Both the position numbers and the translations under genes were made by a program. DNA of 64,000 nucleotides from Takakia lepidozioides. Lineage: Eukaryota > Plantae > Bryophyta. Shown one piece after another: positions 1 to 11,945 of the stretch (position 1 is its first letter; every line of letters begins with the position of its first letter). A model generated the notes under the pieces. That model searched no databases. It worked only from the letters and a program-made list of their open reading frames with translations, and was not told the DNA's origin. Location of the stretch: positions 91,140,001-91,204,000 of the forward strand of contig CM060731.1 of the NCBI GenBank assembly GCA_030704615.1. Reading direction: 5' to 3'.

Positions 1-2000
1 CCCACGTAGAGCAAGTGGGAGGATCTGTTGCATTAGCACGTGATAATCATGTGACTTCAATTGGCTCAACTTTTGTTTGACCACATGTTTTTTGAAAGCA
101 GAGGCATAGCCAGTGGGTACTTTCAGATTCGTGATAATCTCCAGGAACACCCGCTGCTCTGGTTTTGTGAGCACATATGGCGCATCACTCTGGTGGGATG
201 GCGTCGTAACCAAAGAGGCTTTCGAATGCCCTGCAATTCCATATCGCGGCGAACTTGCATCGTGTCCTTCTCGCCGAAAATAGTCTTGATTATGTTCTCC
301 GTCACGTTCTTCTCGCAATGCATGGTATCAAAAGTGTGGCGGATGATAAGATGCTGCACCATGTGGTCTAACAAATTAGACACATTGCAATGCAGTCAGA
401 ATGATGTTTACAGCACAGGTTCAGTAAACAAACAATCATGCACAATGAAAAACCAATGCACTGTTTTGTTCCCAAAACACATGCGTGGTAATCGCACCTC
501 CCAGTAAGGCAAGTCGAACAGAATGGACAATCGTTTTACGCCATGGAGCTTGGAGGGATCGTTCTGTGCGCCTACAGTCCCACCATCATCAATCCATTGT
601 TTGTAATGTCGTGCACGCTCCTTGATTTCGGTGGCTGTCACTGTATGTGGAGCATGTCTCATGTCTCGCGCCCCATTAAAAAGTCTGGATCTTCTATAGG
701 CATGATTGTGGGGAAGATATCGTCGATGCCCCTGGAATATCAATTTCTTACAAGCTGGGGAATATCTGGAATCGACTTGAGGTCCACATGTTGGACAAGC
801 ACAGTACCCTTGGTGAACCTGACCTGATAACAAGCCATAGGCGGGGAAGTCATGTATGGACCACATGAGGACTGCACGCATGTTAAAAGCCCGCTCTCCT
901 TCAATGGCTGCCACATCCACGGCTGCAACTCCCACCCACAATGTCGTTAGCTCCTCCACTAGTGGTTGCAGGTAAACATCCACATTTTCAATTGTCACAG
1001 ATTCCTTTCCAGGAATGAGGAGTGTTAACATGACAAAAAAATTCTTCGTTACCAACCATGGAGGTAGATTATAATTGAGCACCATGATGGGCCAGGTGGA
1101 CCAAGAAGTGGATTTGGTGCCATAAGGATTGACCCCATCCAGTGCCAATCCAAGACGCAGATTTCTTGGATCTGAAGCAAAATCCGGCCATGTGTTGTCA
1201 ATATGACACCAAGCCTTACTGTCTGCAGCATGCCGGACCATGCCATATGCACTTCTATGATTGCTGTGCCACTTCATGAGCTCTGCCAGCGTCTTAACTC
1301 GAAACATCCGTTTCAATCTAGGTATGAGAGGAAAGTATCGCAACACCTTCTTGGGCACCTTCCCACGGCCGTCCATGTATCGACGACTATGGCACTTGGG
1401 GCAATTAGCAGCCTTTTTGAGGTCTCCACGAAACAATACACATCCACGCTCACAGGCATGGATCTGTTTGTATCCTAGACCCATCATGGCGATCATATTT
1501 TTGGCCTCATACTGCGATTTCGGCAAGGTGTTTTGTTTGGGCAAAATCTCCAGCCTCAACAATGAAAATAACTCATCCACAAATGCGTTGGTACATCTGT
1601 GAGTGGCGCAAGAATTGAGCAACGTCAATGTGGCAGTCAATCAGTTGTGAACGCTCCCATCGTATAAGGGGATTTGGGACTCTCGCATGAGTTTTCCATG
1701 GTGAAGATCATTTGGCGCGCCTGCTTCTTCTCCGCCCATATTTTCCCCATCAGGCATTTCAGAGGGATTTGCGCCATTCTCAACAGCCTCATCATTGTCC
1801 AAGTTAAGGGCATTTGGGGCAGGTGTGGGATTCTCCCGGAGGGTATCTGATATTTCAAATGCATCTTGCACAGCACGGGCAATCTGGCCCCGTAGCCCAT
1901 TGCCGTCTTGTCCATCCAAATTGACATCGTTTGCAACACTCTCTAGGCTACATTCAACCTCCACTTCAGAGTCGGATGTAATGTAGCCCTGTGAACGCAA
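1..2000 (-). pseudogene. CACTA/En-Spm TnpD-type transposase (tnp2/Transposase_21 family), disrupted; runs off the window start
   Basis: ORF 408-1640 has typical motifs IHACERGCVLF, LRYFPLIPRLKRMF, DPRNLRLGLALDGVNP, YNLPPWL, WSIHDFPAYG, LFDLPYWE. Predicted intron 354-497 joins HLIIRHTFDTMHCEKNV. In-frame TGA at 1641-1643 separates the upstream part (1641-2000, ...IPLYDGS). Confidence 0.92.
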
Positions 2001-2759
2001 ATGAAATCATAAATTGGGATACGATGAACGGGCTTTTTTCAAAACTCCCAGATTATGAAATTTCATTTAAACACTGTCATGTAAGCAAACACTTTGTAGA
2101 ATTGCACTAGTTCAATACAGGTGAATGCTACAAGTCTCCCCCGCACTTGCGAATCGGGAGACGAAATTGGTCGGCCACAGACTTCATTTCGAAGCAGCTT
2201 GTGGAGCTCAGACACAAACACAAATGAAAACTACTCTCATATAATACGGCAAAGTAGGAACACAGTTTTCATCAAAAAACAAAACAAACATACCCTCTGT
2301 GATAGAGGGAGACATCCCCACATACAGACAGCTATCTGCACAGACCAACAAAGTGAAAGCTCTCAACAAATATGCCCAAGTGGGCAGTGCGTTGAAGGCA
2401 TGACACATGGCAACAAACTGCCAAAAGCCCAAAATGCATATTGCCTTCACACATGGCAGTCAACAACGACCATGTAGTCATGACCCTGACTACATGACTC
2501 CAGTACAACCAATGGAAGAACACCACGTAGTTGAAATGTCCATGATCCACGGTCATGAAGTCATGGACATGACTACTCTGACGCACTACCGACTACATGA
2601 CTCCATCACTACGACTCCATGACTCCAATACATCCAACGGAAGAACGACACGTAGTTCGGACTCCAGTCACTCCCACGACTGTCCAAAATGCGGACATGC
2701 ACGGGCGTGCTGCGAGCATGTCAGAGTGCGTGCGTCGTGCAAGGCGTACCGGGACTGTA

Positions 2760-2960
2760 CATTGTCGAAGGTTTGGGTCCCTTCCATACTTTGTTAGGTG
2801 TTTTTTGGCCATCGGTAGAAACTGCGAGATCCCTCCATGGCATATTTTGCAGTTGCACAATATTTTGCGGTGCCCTTGTGCAATGGCATGCGCCTCCTCT
2901 AGTCGCCACAGTTTCTCATCTTTCCTGCGCACACGGAGTCGTTGAGCTGTTAGCCGAAAC
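2760..2960 (-). pseudogene. Transposase-associated Zn-binding exon of the CACTA TnpD
   Basis: ILCNCKICHGG...KKHLTKYG resembles the CxCxxC...HL N-terminal domain of CACTA transposases; same strand and upstream of TnpD. Confidence 0.5.
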
Positions 2961-3589
2961 CCCGCTCTCGTTGTATACATTGTACTTACACAGGGGGTGT
3001 GCAAGGGTCTTTGCAGCTGATGTCAGACTGCCATGGTCAGGCCCTCCCCGTGCGGTCCTCTGACTGCGTATGAGAAGCTAAGGGAGACCTGCATTGCTCG
3101 CAACAAAGAGGTTGAGGCGGAGTTGTTTGGTTCGCACCCACTGTGAGTATACTGAGAGGCGGCTCACCCTAGTGTTGTGGCCTAAATCTCGCAGGAGAGC
3201 ATTCCACCTCAACCGGAGTGCTCAACTGACCCGAATACTTTAGTTTGGGGTTGTCAGACATCGCATTGCAGGGGCTTGTCATTAGGGTTTTTTTTTTTAA
3301 AAATGTGAGAGGTCTACGGTTTAGCCTGAAATTGCCCGCATCCTTGTCTTTTGGGTTTACGAGTTTTTCTACATTCCCAGTGTTGGGATTGCATTGCTAA
3401 GTACACAGAATGATGGTTGTGAGGCGACGCCTGTCTCCACACTATCATGGCGCACCATGAAGAGAGCGGGATTGGTTAATTTCTTCATGGGGCGAGGATT
3501 GCAGGCTTCTTGCTCCGAAACCAAAGCGTGCTTGCCGTCGACCTCCACTACCCACGGGACCACCCAGACGCAGTGGAAGGCTAGAAACA

Positions 3590-4738
3590 ATGGCCGACGA
3601 GGCACGACAGTATGGAGACGAAGACGAGGAGGAGGATTTGTTGTGTGTCCCTGCGGGCGAGCACACTGGCGATTCTAGCGAAGATATTCTTCGCCACGCA
3701 GCTCCTGCACCCTCGCTTCCCCAGAAACGCCCGTCGCCGGCAAAATCACCATCTGTAAGCACCTCCTCACTATGACGCCACATCTTCAGCATTTCTATGC
3801 ATTCACATGCTCAGCATACCCATGAAGGAAGCATGCAAATGTACAGAACGTGTATGAGACTTTCTTAGCATTCCAGGATGTAAATGCACTTCCCACACAG
3901 AAGAGGTTGAAAGGTGGAAGCCACAGAAAATCTGGCAGTGGACGTGGCACAACTTTGAATGCAATCACATTTGGAAAGTTCTCACTTTGGGAATTTCACA
4001 TTGGGGAGATGGCATTGCTAGAAAAATTGGGATGTAGGAAGGAAGGGATGCCCGAGCATATAGGCAGTGAAACCCCACAATGGGATAGGAAATCAACCCC
4101 TTTTGCTATATCTTCATCGTGTACATAGTTTGGGTTAAAGTCAAAGGCTCTTACTAAGAGGTTGATACATAGTGATGTTTCTGTTTACGACTAAAATGCA
4201 ATGTCCATTCAAATGAGTCCATCTACCCACTGATGCAAGTACTTGTATGCACGCTTTGATACAAGCATGCCAATGGTTTTTGAGGTCTCCCCACTAGGTA
4301 GGCTTTGGAATTGGCCATGTAGATTTGGCTCAGCCCCCACTTTTCTGAATGGGTAAACATAAGTGTGGGGCACCTGATGAGTCTGAGGGGATGAGGACCT
4401 GCTCATAGGAGGATGAGTACAATCAAAGCTATAAAATGGCAGGTGCACGGCATTAATTTGTTCTAAGTTGCCATGATTTCATTTGAATGCTTTGATTGAC
4501 TTTAATGTTTGAATTGGTTTTTATTCTGTGCAGGCCAGGAAGAGGCGAGCTTCCATCGAAGGCGCTGCAGCTGTGGTGGGCAGTCCATCGGGGCGGGGGT
4601 TGTTCAAACAAGTCAACCCTGCTACAAACAAGTCCCCAAGCGCAGAACGACCACCTCCACGACCTATTCCACAGTACCCTCCGTACACACATTACCCACA
4701 TGCCTACCCCACCCCCGATCGGTATGGCGCTGCGGGCC
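3590..4738 (+). pseudogene. Exon fragments of a probable CACTA accessory (TnpA-like) gene, interrupted by a MULE at 4739
   Basis: Acidic/Pro-rich exon MADEARQYGDEDEEED... ending at a GTAAGC donor; exon ARKRRASIEG... after TGCAG runs directly into the MULE terminus. Confidence 0.35.
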
Positions 4739-7700
4739 GAGGTTTACTATTTCATGAGCAGAAACCATGAGCCATGAGCCATGAGCCATGAGCCGCATGA
4801 GCCGCATGAGCGGTGAGCCGAAGTCTAAGATACGCGGATTTCATGAGCGGACTCCTCCAAATTTGGAAATGCGGCAGATTAAACAAGTATTAAAATAATA
4901 GTTTTTTATTTGACCTTGCCGTTTTTGGATGTTCCAGATCATGTAATGCGGCGAAGATATGTCGTCAGTAACAAGTCCGCTCATGGTTTTATAGATCCGC
5001 TCATGGAAATAAGTGACCGTGCAACGGGAAATCCAGTATACCACTGCAAAAGGACGTCGCATACTGGCCTGTATAGAGTATTCCGCGGTTTTACATGCCT
5101 TAACATTGGAATGAAGCTGACCCTTTGGCCGCGATTGAACCAATGGAGTCTCCACCAATACAGTCTGCAGTACTTCACAATTCTGTCTTCTTCGGGTATT
5201 CGGCGGGAAAGGTTTGCAACTGAACTGGGAAATAAGGTGCCGCATTAGGGTTCGCAGGTGCAAAATTTCGGAGCGGTTTGGTGTTGGCGAAGGCCGCCTC
5301 TACCAGTACCTACGACGATACTTGGAAATGCGGCGCCGCATTTCCTTGTCGGAGGTCGAATGAGGAAAGCAAGTTTTCGGAAAGCAGAAAAACATGAACC
5401 CTCCAACATACAAAAATACATGCACGTGGAAACAAGTGAACGATATAGTAATATCTTAGTTCGAGCAAAACAGGTTACTGGTAGGCAAGACATATGTCGG
5501 ACCTTTCTGTGGCCAGAGTCTGAGGTACTGGCAGCAGTACAGTTCTACTATCCGAAAAGGATGGGCGTACCATTGTATTGGGACCGCAAGCCAAGCTCAC
5601 TGGTCCCCTGGATCCACATTCAGAAGAGTGTGAACCTCCTGGGGGCTCAACCCTGGTGCATGTATGAAGTGATGAGTTGTGGAATTACAACGGAGTCTCT
5701 TTAGGTACACGTAGTACAAATGCTTGCAAGGGCAGTATGATGCCCCCTTGTTCGCCATGATCTGGAAGTCGGTGCAATTGCAGGTGGGTAATTCTGAAAT
5801 GGTGATGGTGTACACCTCATTGCGAACAGCTGAGCCCGCCGTGGCCATCTGATACACACGCCCGAATCCTGGTGGGGGCACTTCAGTCGAGCTCTGGATT
5901 GTACAGTTCATCCGAAGTGCATTCCCCATCCTTGTCTCGTTCACTTTTGAGGGAGGTCGCCGCCTCTTCGGTTTCCCCCAACGGTGTGTAGGATGCTTAG
6001 AGCTGTCGTGTCCCATTGTTCTTGCTCTCACAGGGGTCGGTGGTGGAGGCTGTGGAAGCGGAAATGGTTGTCTGGGGACGTCAGTGCGCTGCACCATCCG
6101 AAATCCTGCGGCGGTAAGGGCGTCGGCCTCAACCTGACTCAGATCGCAGCCTGGTTCCACCGGCCACACCGGGGGAGCCTCTGGCATTGTTTGTATGCCG
6201 TACTTGGGCTTTCCATACACGCAAGTCATAATGTCGTGCCTGCAGAACCAGAACTGGGTGGTTGTCGCCTCCGCAAACTTTGCATGGACAAATCTTCCTG
6301 TAAAAGTAGGAGCATGGACAGCCCCATCTGGATTCCTCCTTATCATCTCTAAACAACGTTGCCGTGTATCCACACGAATTGCGGAACACCTTCCTCGAAA
6401 CGACGGCTTTGTGCGAGCAATTCTCCACTGTGATGCAGACACAATCGTCTCCACAATGGCTTGGCCATACTGCATAACAGCGGGCGAAATCTGGGGCAAG
6501 GGAGCGGTGGGAATTTCTCGCACGAAATCCCCGGTTGAAGGCGACGGCGATCTGGAATTTCTTGGGCTTCCACTTCTGGAAGACACATTGTGCGGCAACA
6601 TGACGGGACCTCGAGGTGCTATCCGAATGTTCCTGTCGGATCTCCAGGAATCCTCTTCGCACCCGGGTTCCTCTTCAATCCTCCGCCTGACAGGGCGAGT
6701 CCGGACGTCCCCCTCTAGGTGTTCACCTCTACGGTGCAGAGGCGTCCCTTTGATCTTCTCTCGCAATGTTGTCGCCCATTTCAGTGGATTCTTGGACCTC
6801 GAAGCTATTCGTACCAACAATTCCTCCCTGTCCGGCCCAAAGCCCCATTGTTTGCCGCTCAGGAACTTGTAGTACGTGGCTTGCTGCATGATTGCTCTGT
6901 CGATGTCCTCCGTTGTGGCCGTCACTACGTCCACCAGATGTGCAGCAGAAGACGCTCGCCAGGAGGAGTGGACCGATTCTGCCATATTCGTGTTCGGCAT
7001 GTCCGTGTCGGAATCCAAGCACCGCTCCTAGAAGGACACAAACAATGGTGAGGGACCAATCGAAATGTCCGTAACAGAAAGACAAATGAACGAAAATGAC
7101 AGCAGCCTACCTCCCGCATGTACTGTCCGAACTGTCGATACCGAAAATGCCACCACCCCAACCAGCTGTGCAATGCTCCCAGATTGGTTGTCTCCACTGC
7201 ACCTGACGTGTTCCACCAAGCCTCGATGATAGCAAACTTAACCTCCGCGTCATCAAATGTGGGTGCATCCTTCCACGCCGTGGCAAAGGACACGGTGTTC
7301 AGCCTGGAATGAGCTAGCAACAAATTTGGTAGTGTAGTGGGATAGACTCTGTATCCAATGGAATCCACAGGATCTCTCTTTCCCCTCCATTGGAACATTG
7401 GGGTCCTCACCGTACACACGCCGCACCGCTGCCCAGTTGGCCTGAGCGTTGTCTGCCATGAATCCCCTGAAATTGGGCTCTGGCAATCCCGCCCTTGCCA
7501 TCTGCTCGTTTATGCCCTCCCACAGATGCATCTCGGACTGTGTGTCCTCCCCTTTCATCTCGCAGATTGCAATCGTCATGAGCCTCTTGGAGTGATAGTC
7601 ATAAACATGTGCACCCATAGTCACTCACTGATGGTTTGTAATTCGCTTGATGTGATCAAACATCACCCAAGCATTCGACAAGTTTCCAGTTGTCATGCGA

Positions 7701-9905
7701 GTGACCAAGTCGACTCCACTCCCAGGCCCACACGTCGACATTTTGAAAATATAACAACGATCGGATTCGCTACCTTGCCCTGGAAACCTGCTACCTTGGA
7801 TGTAGTCATATCCAGTCATTCGTTTCACCTCCAGGATTGAGTACATGTCCGACCCCCTGCCGAACTCCTGCTTGCAAGATACGATGTGATTCCGCACATT
7901 CGGACTACAAACGTGCGAGACGGACTCCAAGAGGTCACGCATCTCGTCTTCGGTCAAGGGCTCTCGGTCGGAACCATCTTCAGACATGATTTTGCCAAGA
8001 GCAATCTTGTGGGCTGCCTTCAGCTGAATCTGCTTTGGTCTGGCTCCGGGGCTCAATTTCACCTCCTCTTTTATGATGTCGTATGCTTCCTGCACAGCCT
8101 CCCGCATGTTGCCTCTCGCCAAGGGGTGGCAGTGGACCCCAACGTGTATGCAAGCTCTAGTCAAGTCCGGGAGCAAATGGATTACGTAATATTGCTTGGC
8201 TCTGCACATGGACATGCACGTCGGTGGTTCTTTGCAGTGTGCACACTTGAAAGAACCCGCAGGAGCTTGGCTGGAGACAATGAATGGATGATGCGTTGTG
8301 CCAGTCCAATCCGTCTCGTTTCTCCGCCCTCCTTTGAATCCCACCTCAGCTTCCCCGCACAGAGGATATATCGTACACGAACACCATCAGCAATTTTCGT
8401 GCTACTGGTCTTCGTCACACACCAGGGGTGTCCGTCATGCTTTCGATCCATGTCTGTTAACATCCCGGAGGCTTTGTTTGACGAAGAAACAGGTGGAAAC
8501 TCGAAGATGACATTGCCATCGACTTCGGGAGGCAGAAACGTTACCTTTCTGACTGGGAATTTGGCATAGTCGAGAGCAGCCAGCTCGGAGCGAGAACCAT
8601 CGAGGTGATGTTGTCGTAGGAGCTGCACAATGGACCGGGTTGGAGTTATGCTCGAGGGCACATGCGTAGCACCTACAGAGACGTCCATGCCGGATTTGAA
8701 CGACTGTGTGGAGGACATGGGTACCTCAATGCAATCATCTTCCTCGTCGGAAATGTCGAATACGTCCACACGAGAAGCTATGGAGGGTCTTGACGGTCCA
8801 GGTCGGGAATGATTATCGTTGCACACCTCTCTGTTGGCAGTGGCCGCCTGTCGGTTTCCGGACTCCTTTGTGGATGGTGTGGGCAGCGACTGATTCGGAA
8901 AGGGAATGGGCATTCCCACAGCTTGGTACAGGATGGTGTCTGATGGGGGTACGTGCCATTCGATTCCGCAACCTCCGTCGTTACCTAGCACGACAATGGT
9001 CTCGTCAACCTGTCCAGGAACATCCTTCCTTTCTTCTTCCAAATAAACTGTGCCCGGTTTGAGCTTGAATTTGGAACAAAGGTAAGTTTCGGTCACTCTG
9101 CAAAGTCCTCCCTCGTTTGGGATCTAGGCTCTCCCAAGTTGCGGAGGACAGCAAACTATAGCGTAGGAATTCGGAGACCGCACGAAGTTGGCAAGTGCGA
9201 GGTTCAGTATAGCGACAGACCAAGGTTCACAGGCACCATGCGGAGTCCATCGACGATTGGAAGTCGCACATTGAAGTGGAAAGTATTGTTTCAAGCTACA
9301 TGCATGAAGGTGGGAGGTGTGATTCCATAGCCAGTAAGTTAGACAATGATGGCCGATTCGGCGACGAAATAACATCTCATGACAGTTTCTCCTGAGGGTG
9401 GATCCAGCAGTATTCTCGGTGCAGACAGGAACGTTCGCACTGACAAGTGCCAGTACTGTTAGTTAAAATGGTCAGACAACCAAGTTGTGCTCATCAAGAC
9501 TGGCCGCAATTGTGTTGTTTCGGAATAATGCAACCCATTCAGGTTCCAGATTTCCCGTCCCGAGTGTTTCTTTCGATTGCTAGTGGACGGAAATGCGGCA
9601 CCGAGTTTCCGTCCGGGGGAAACCTTTATACTCTCCAGAATGGAAATGCGGTAACGCATTTCCATCCAGCAAGCACGGTATGTGAAGGTGGAACGGAAAT
9701 GAGGTACCGCATTTCCGTTTTGATTGAGAATTATGAACAAAGGGAACAGAAATGCGGCACCGCATTTCCGTCCGAGTCGCACTTTCCGACATTCCAGAAC
9801 GGAAATGCGGCACCGCATATCCGCCCGGGTGAGACCTTAACACTCTCCAGAACGGAAATGCGGTAACGTATTTCCATCCAGAAAGCACGGTATGTGAAGG
9901 TGGAA
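4739..9905 (-). mobile_element. MULE copy A (left terminus, transposase, start of palindrome array), truncated
   Basis: Begins GAGGTTTACTATTTCATGAGC plus CATGAGC tandem repeats, the same terminus as the complete copy at 45424; colinear with 45424-50660. Confidence 0.88.
5597..9380 (-). pseudogene. Mutator-like transposase: GCM-like Zn DNA-binding domain + MULE DDE domain + SWIM finger; frameshifts and stops
   Basis: DGHPWCVTKTSS..RYILCAGKLR..CAHC..C..IHVGVHCHP (GCM-like); VMFDHIKR, FMADNAQA, CGFHW, NTNMAESVHSSW (MULE DDE); TCNCTDF..CPCKHLYYV (SWIM). GT-AG intron 7028-7110; TGA at 7625-7627. Confidence 0.88.
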
Positions 9906-11945
9906 CGGCAGCCAACATGAGTACAGACATCAAAATGCGGCGCCGCATTCCTACCGTCCAATCTCGCATCCAAATGCAGGATAAAAATGCCAGGGTGGAC
10001 TCGAGACACATAGAAATGCACTGCCGCATTTCCGTTGGGCCGCGTGTTCATTTATCATGAAGTAGGATCCAGCACGGGAATGCTGAGGGGCATTCCGTTC
10101 GAACTGTTGAAAATCGCATGCCACGGACGGAAATACGGCACCGCACTTCCGTCCCAACGTCTGATGAGTTACAGTGAAAATGGAAATGCGGCGTCGTATT
10201 TCCGTTCCACTGTTTCATGACTTTCATCCAGAACGGAAATGCGGTGCCGCATTTCCGTTCCACTGTTGCATGTCTTAAATGTTGGACAGAAATGCGGCGT
10301 CACATTTCCGTTCTGGAAATTCGGAAGGTACGCCTCGGACGGAAGTGCTATGCCGCATTTCAGTTGCACTGTTTCATGATTTACAATCACAATGGAAATG
10401 CGGCACTGCATTTCTATTCCACTGTTACATACCTTACTTGTTGGACGGAAATGCAGTGCCGCATTTCCGTTATGGAAAGTATAAAGGTTTCCCCCGGACT
10501 GAAATGCGGTGCCGCATTTCCGTTGCACTTTTTGATTACTTACATGGATAACGGAAATGCGGCACCGCATTTCCGTTTGGAAATTCGGAAGGTACACCTC
10601 GGATGGAAATGCGGTGCCGCATTTCAGTTGCACTGTTTCATGATTTACAATCACAACGGAAATGCGGCACCGCATTTCCGTTCCACTATTACATCCCTTA
10701 CTTGTTGGACAGAAATGCGGTGCCGCATTTCCGTTATGGAAAGTATAAAGGTTTCCCCCGGACTGAAATGCGGTGCCGCATTCCGTTGCACTTTTTGATT
10801 ACTTACATGGATAACGGAAATGCGGTACCACATTTCCGTTCCACTGTTACATGCCGTACATGTTGGACGGAAATGCGGCACCGCATTTCCGTTCTGGAAA
10901 TTCGGAAGGTACACCTCGGACGGAAATGCGGTGCCGTATTTCAGTTGCATTGTTTCATGATTTACAATCACAACGGAAATGCGGCACCGCATTTCCGTTC
11001 CACTGTTACATCCCTTACTTGTTGGACGGAAATGCGGTGCCGCATTTCCGTTCTGGAAAGTATAAAGGTTTCCCCCGGATGGAATATGTGGTGCCGCATT
11101 TCCGTTGCACTGTTTGATTACTTAAATGCACAACGGAAATGCGGTGCCGCATTTCCGTTGCACAGTTACAGGCCTTACATGTTGGACGAAAATGCGTCGC
11201 AGCATTTCCGTTCTGGAAAATACAAAGGTACACCTCGGACGGAAATGCGGTGCCGCATTTCCGTCCAACTGTTACATGCCTTACTAGTTGGTCGGAAATG
11301 TTGCTCCGCATTTCCGTCCAGTAAAGTACAAAGGTACACCGCGGATGGAAATGCGGTGCCGCATTTCCGTCCAAATGTTACATGCCTTACTTGTTGGACG
11401 GAAATGCGGCGCATCAGTTCTTGTTGTGCCTCGGTTCTTGTTGTTCTCCATGTGTTGTCTTCCTTGTCTGCCTGAAGTCTGCAAGGTTTTCAATCAAACT
11501 TACGTCTAGTTCACCGTAAACATGTGATTTCTTACTGTCTTACTATTTCTTACTGTCTTACTTTTTCACAATTTCGAAACATCGGGGACGGAATGCGGCA
11601 CCGCATTTCCGTCCGCTGCAATTGAAAGTAAGAGACCGGACGGAAATGACAAAAATGCGGCACCGCATTTCCGTCCTCTGCATTCTTTAGTAAGAGCCCG
11701 GACCGAAATGCGGCACCGTATTTCCGTTCGTGCCTATCGAAGGTGTCCCAGTCGACGGAAATGCGGGGTCACTTTTCTGTTCCACCGTGTCTTCCTTGTT
11801 TCATTTGACCGAAATGCGAGACCGCATTTCCGTTCCAGCACTAGTTTGGTTTCCCCGTTGATGGAAATGCAGTGCCGCATTTTCCGATCATAATCATTGA
11901 GAGGACGACGTCGAACGGGAATGCGGCACCGCATTTCCGTTTCGT
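9585..11945. repeat. Array of palindromes (AAC)GGAAATGCGGYRCCGCATTTCC(GTT) at ~53-bp spacing with higher-order repeat structure
   Basis: Dozens of copies, e.g. near 10234, 10341, 10394, 10447, 10500, 10553; ~31-nt spacers recur in a 3/6-unit cycle. Confidence 0.97.

Noticed and set aside
9447-11509. Many ORFs with MRCRISV/GNAAPHF/KCGTAFP repeats
   Set aside because: These are translations of the palindrome in all six frames, not a protein.
9585-11945. CRISPR array (palindromic repeat with constant-length spacers)
   Set aside because: Spacers recur cyclically, there are no cas genes, and the context is a eukaryotic transposon. The same applies to 50115-51500.
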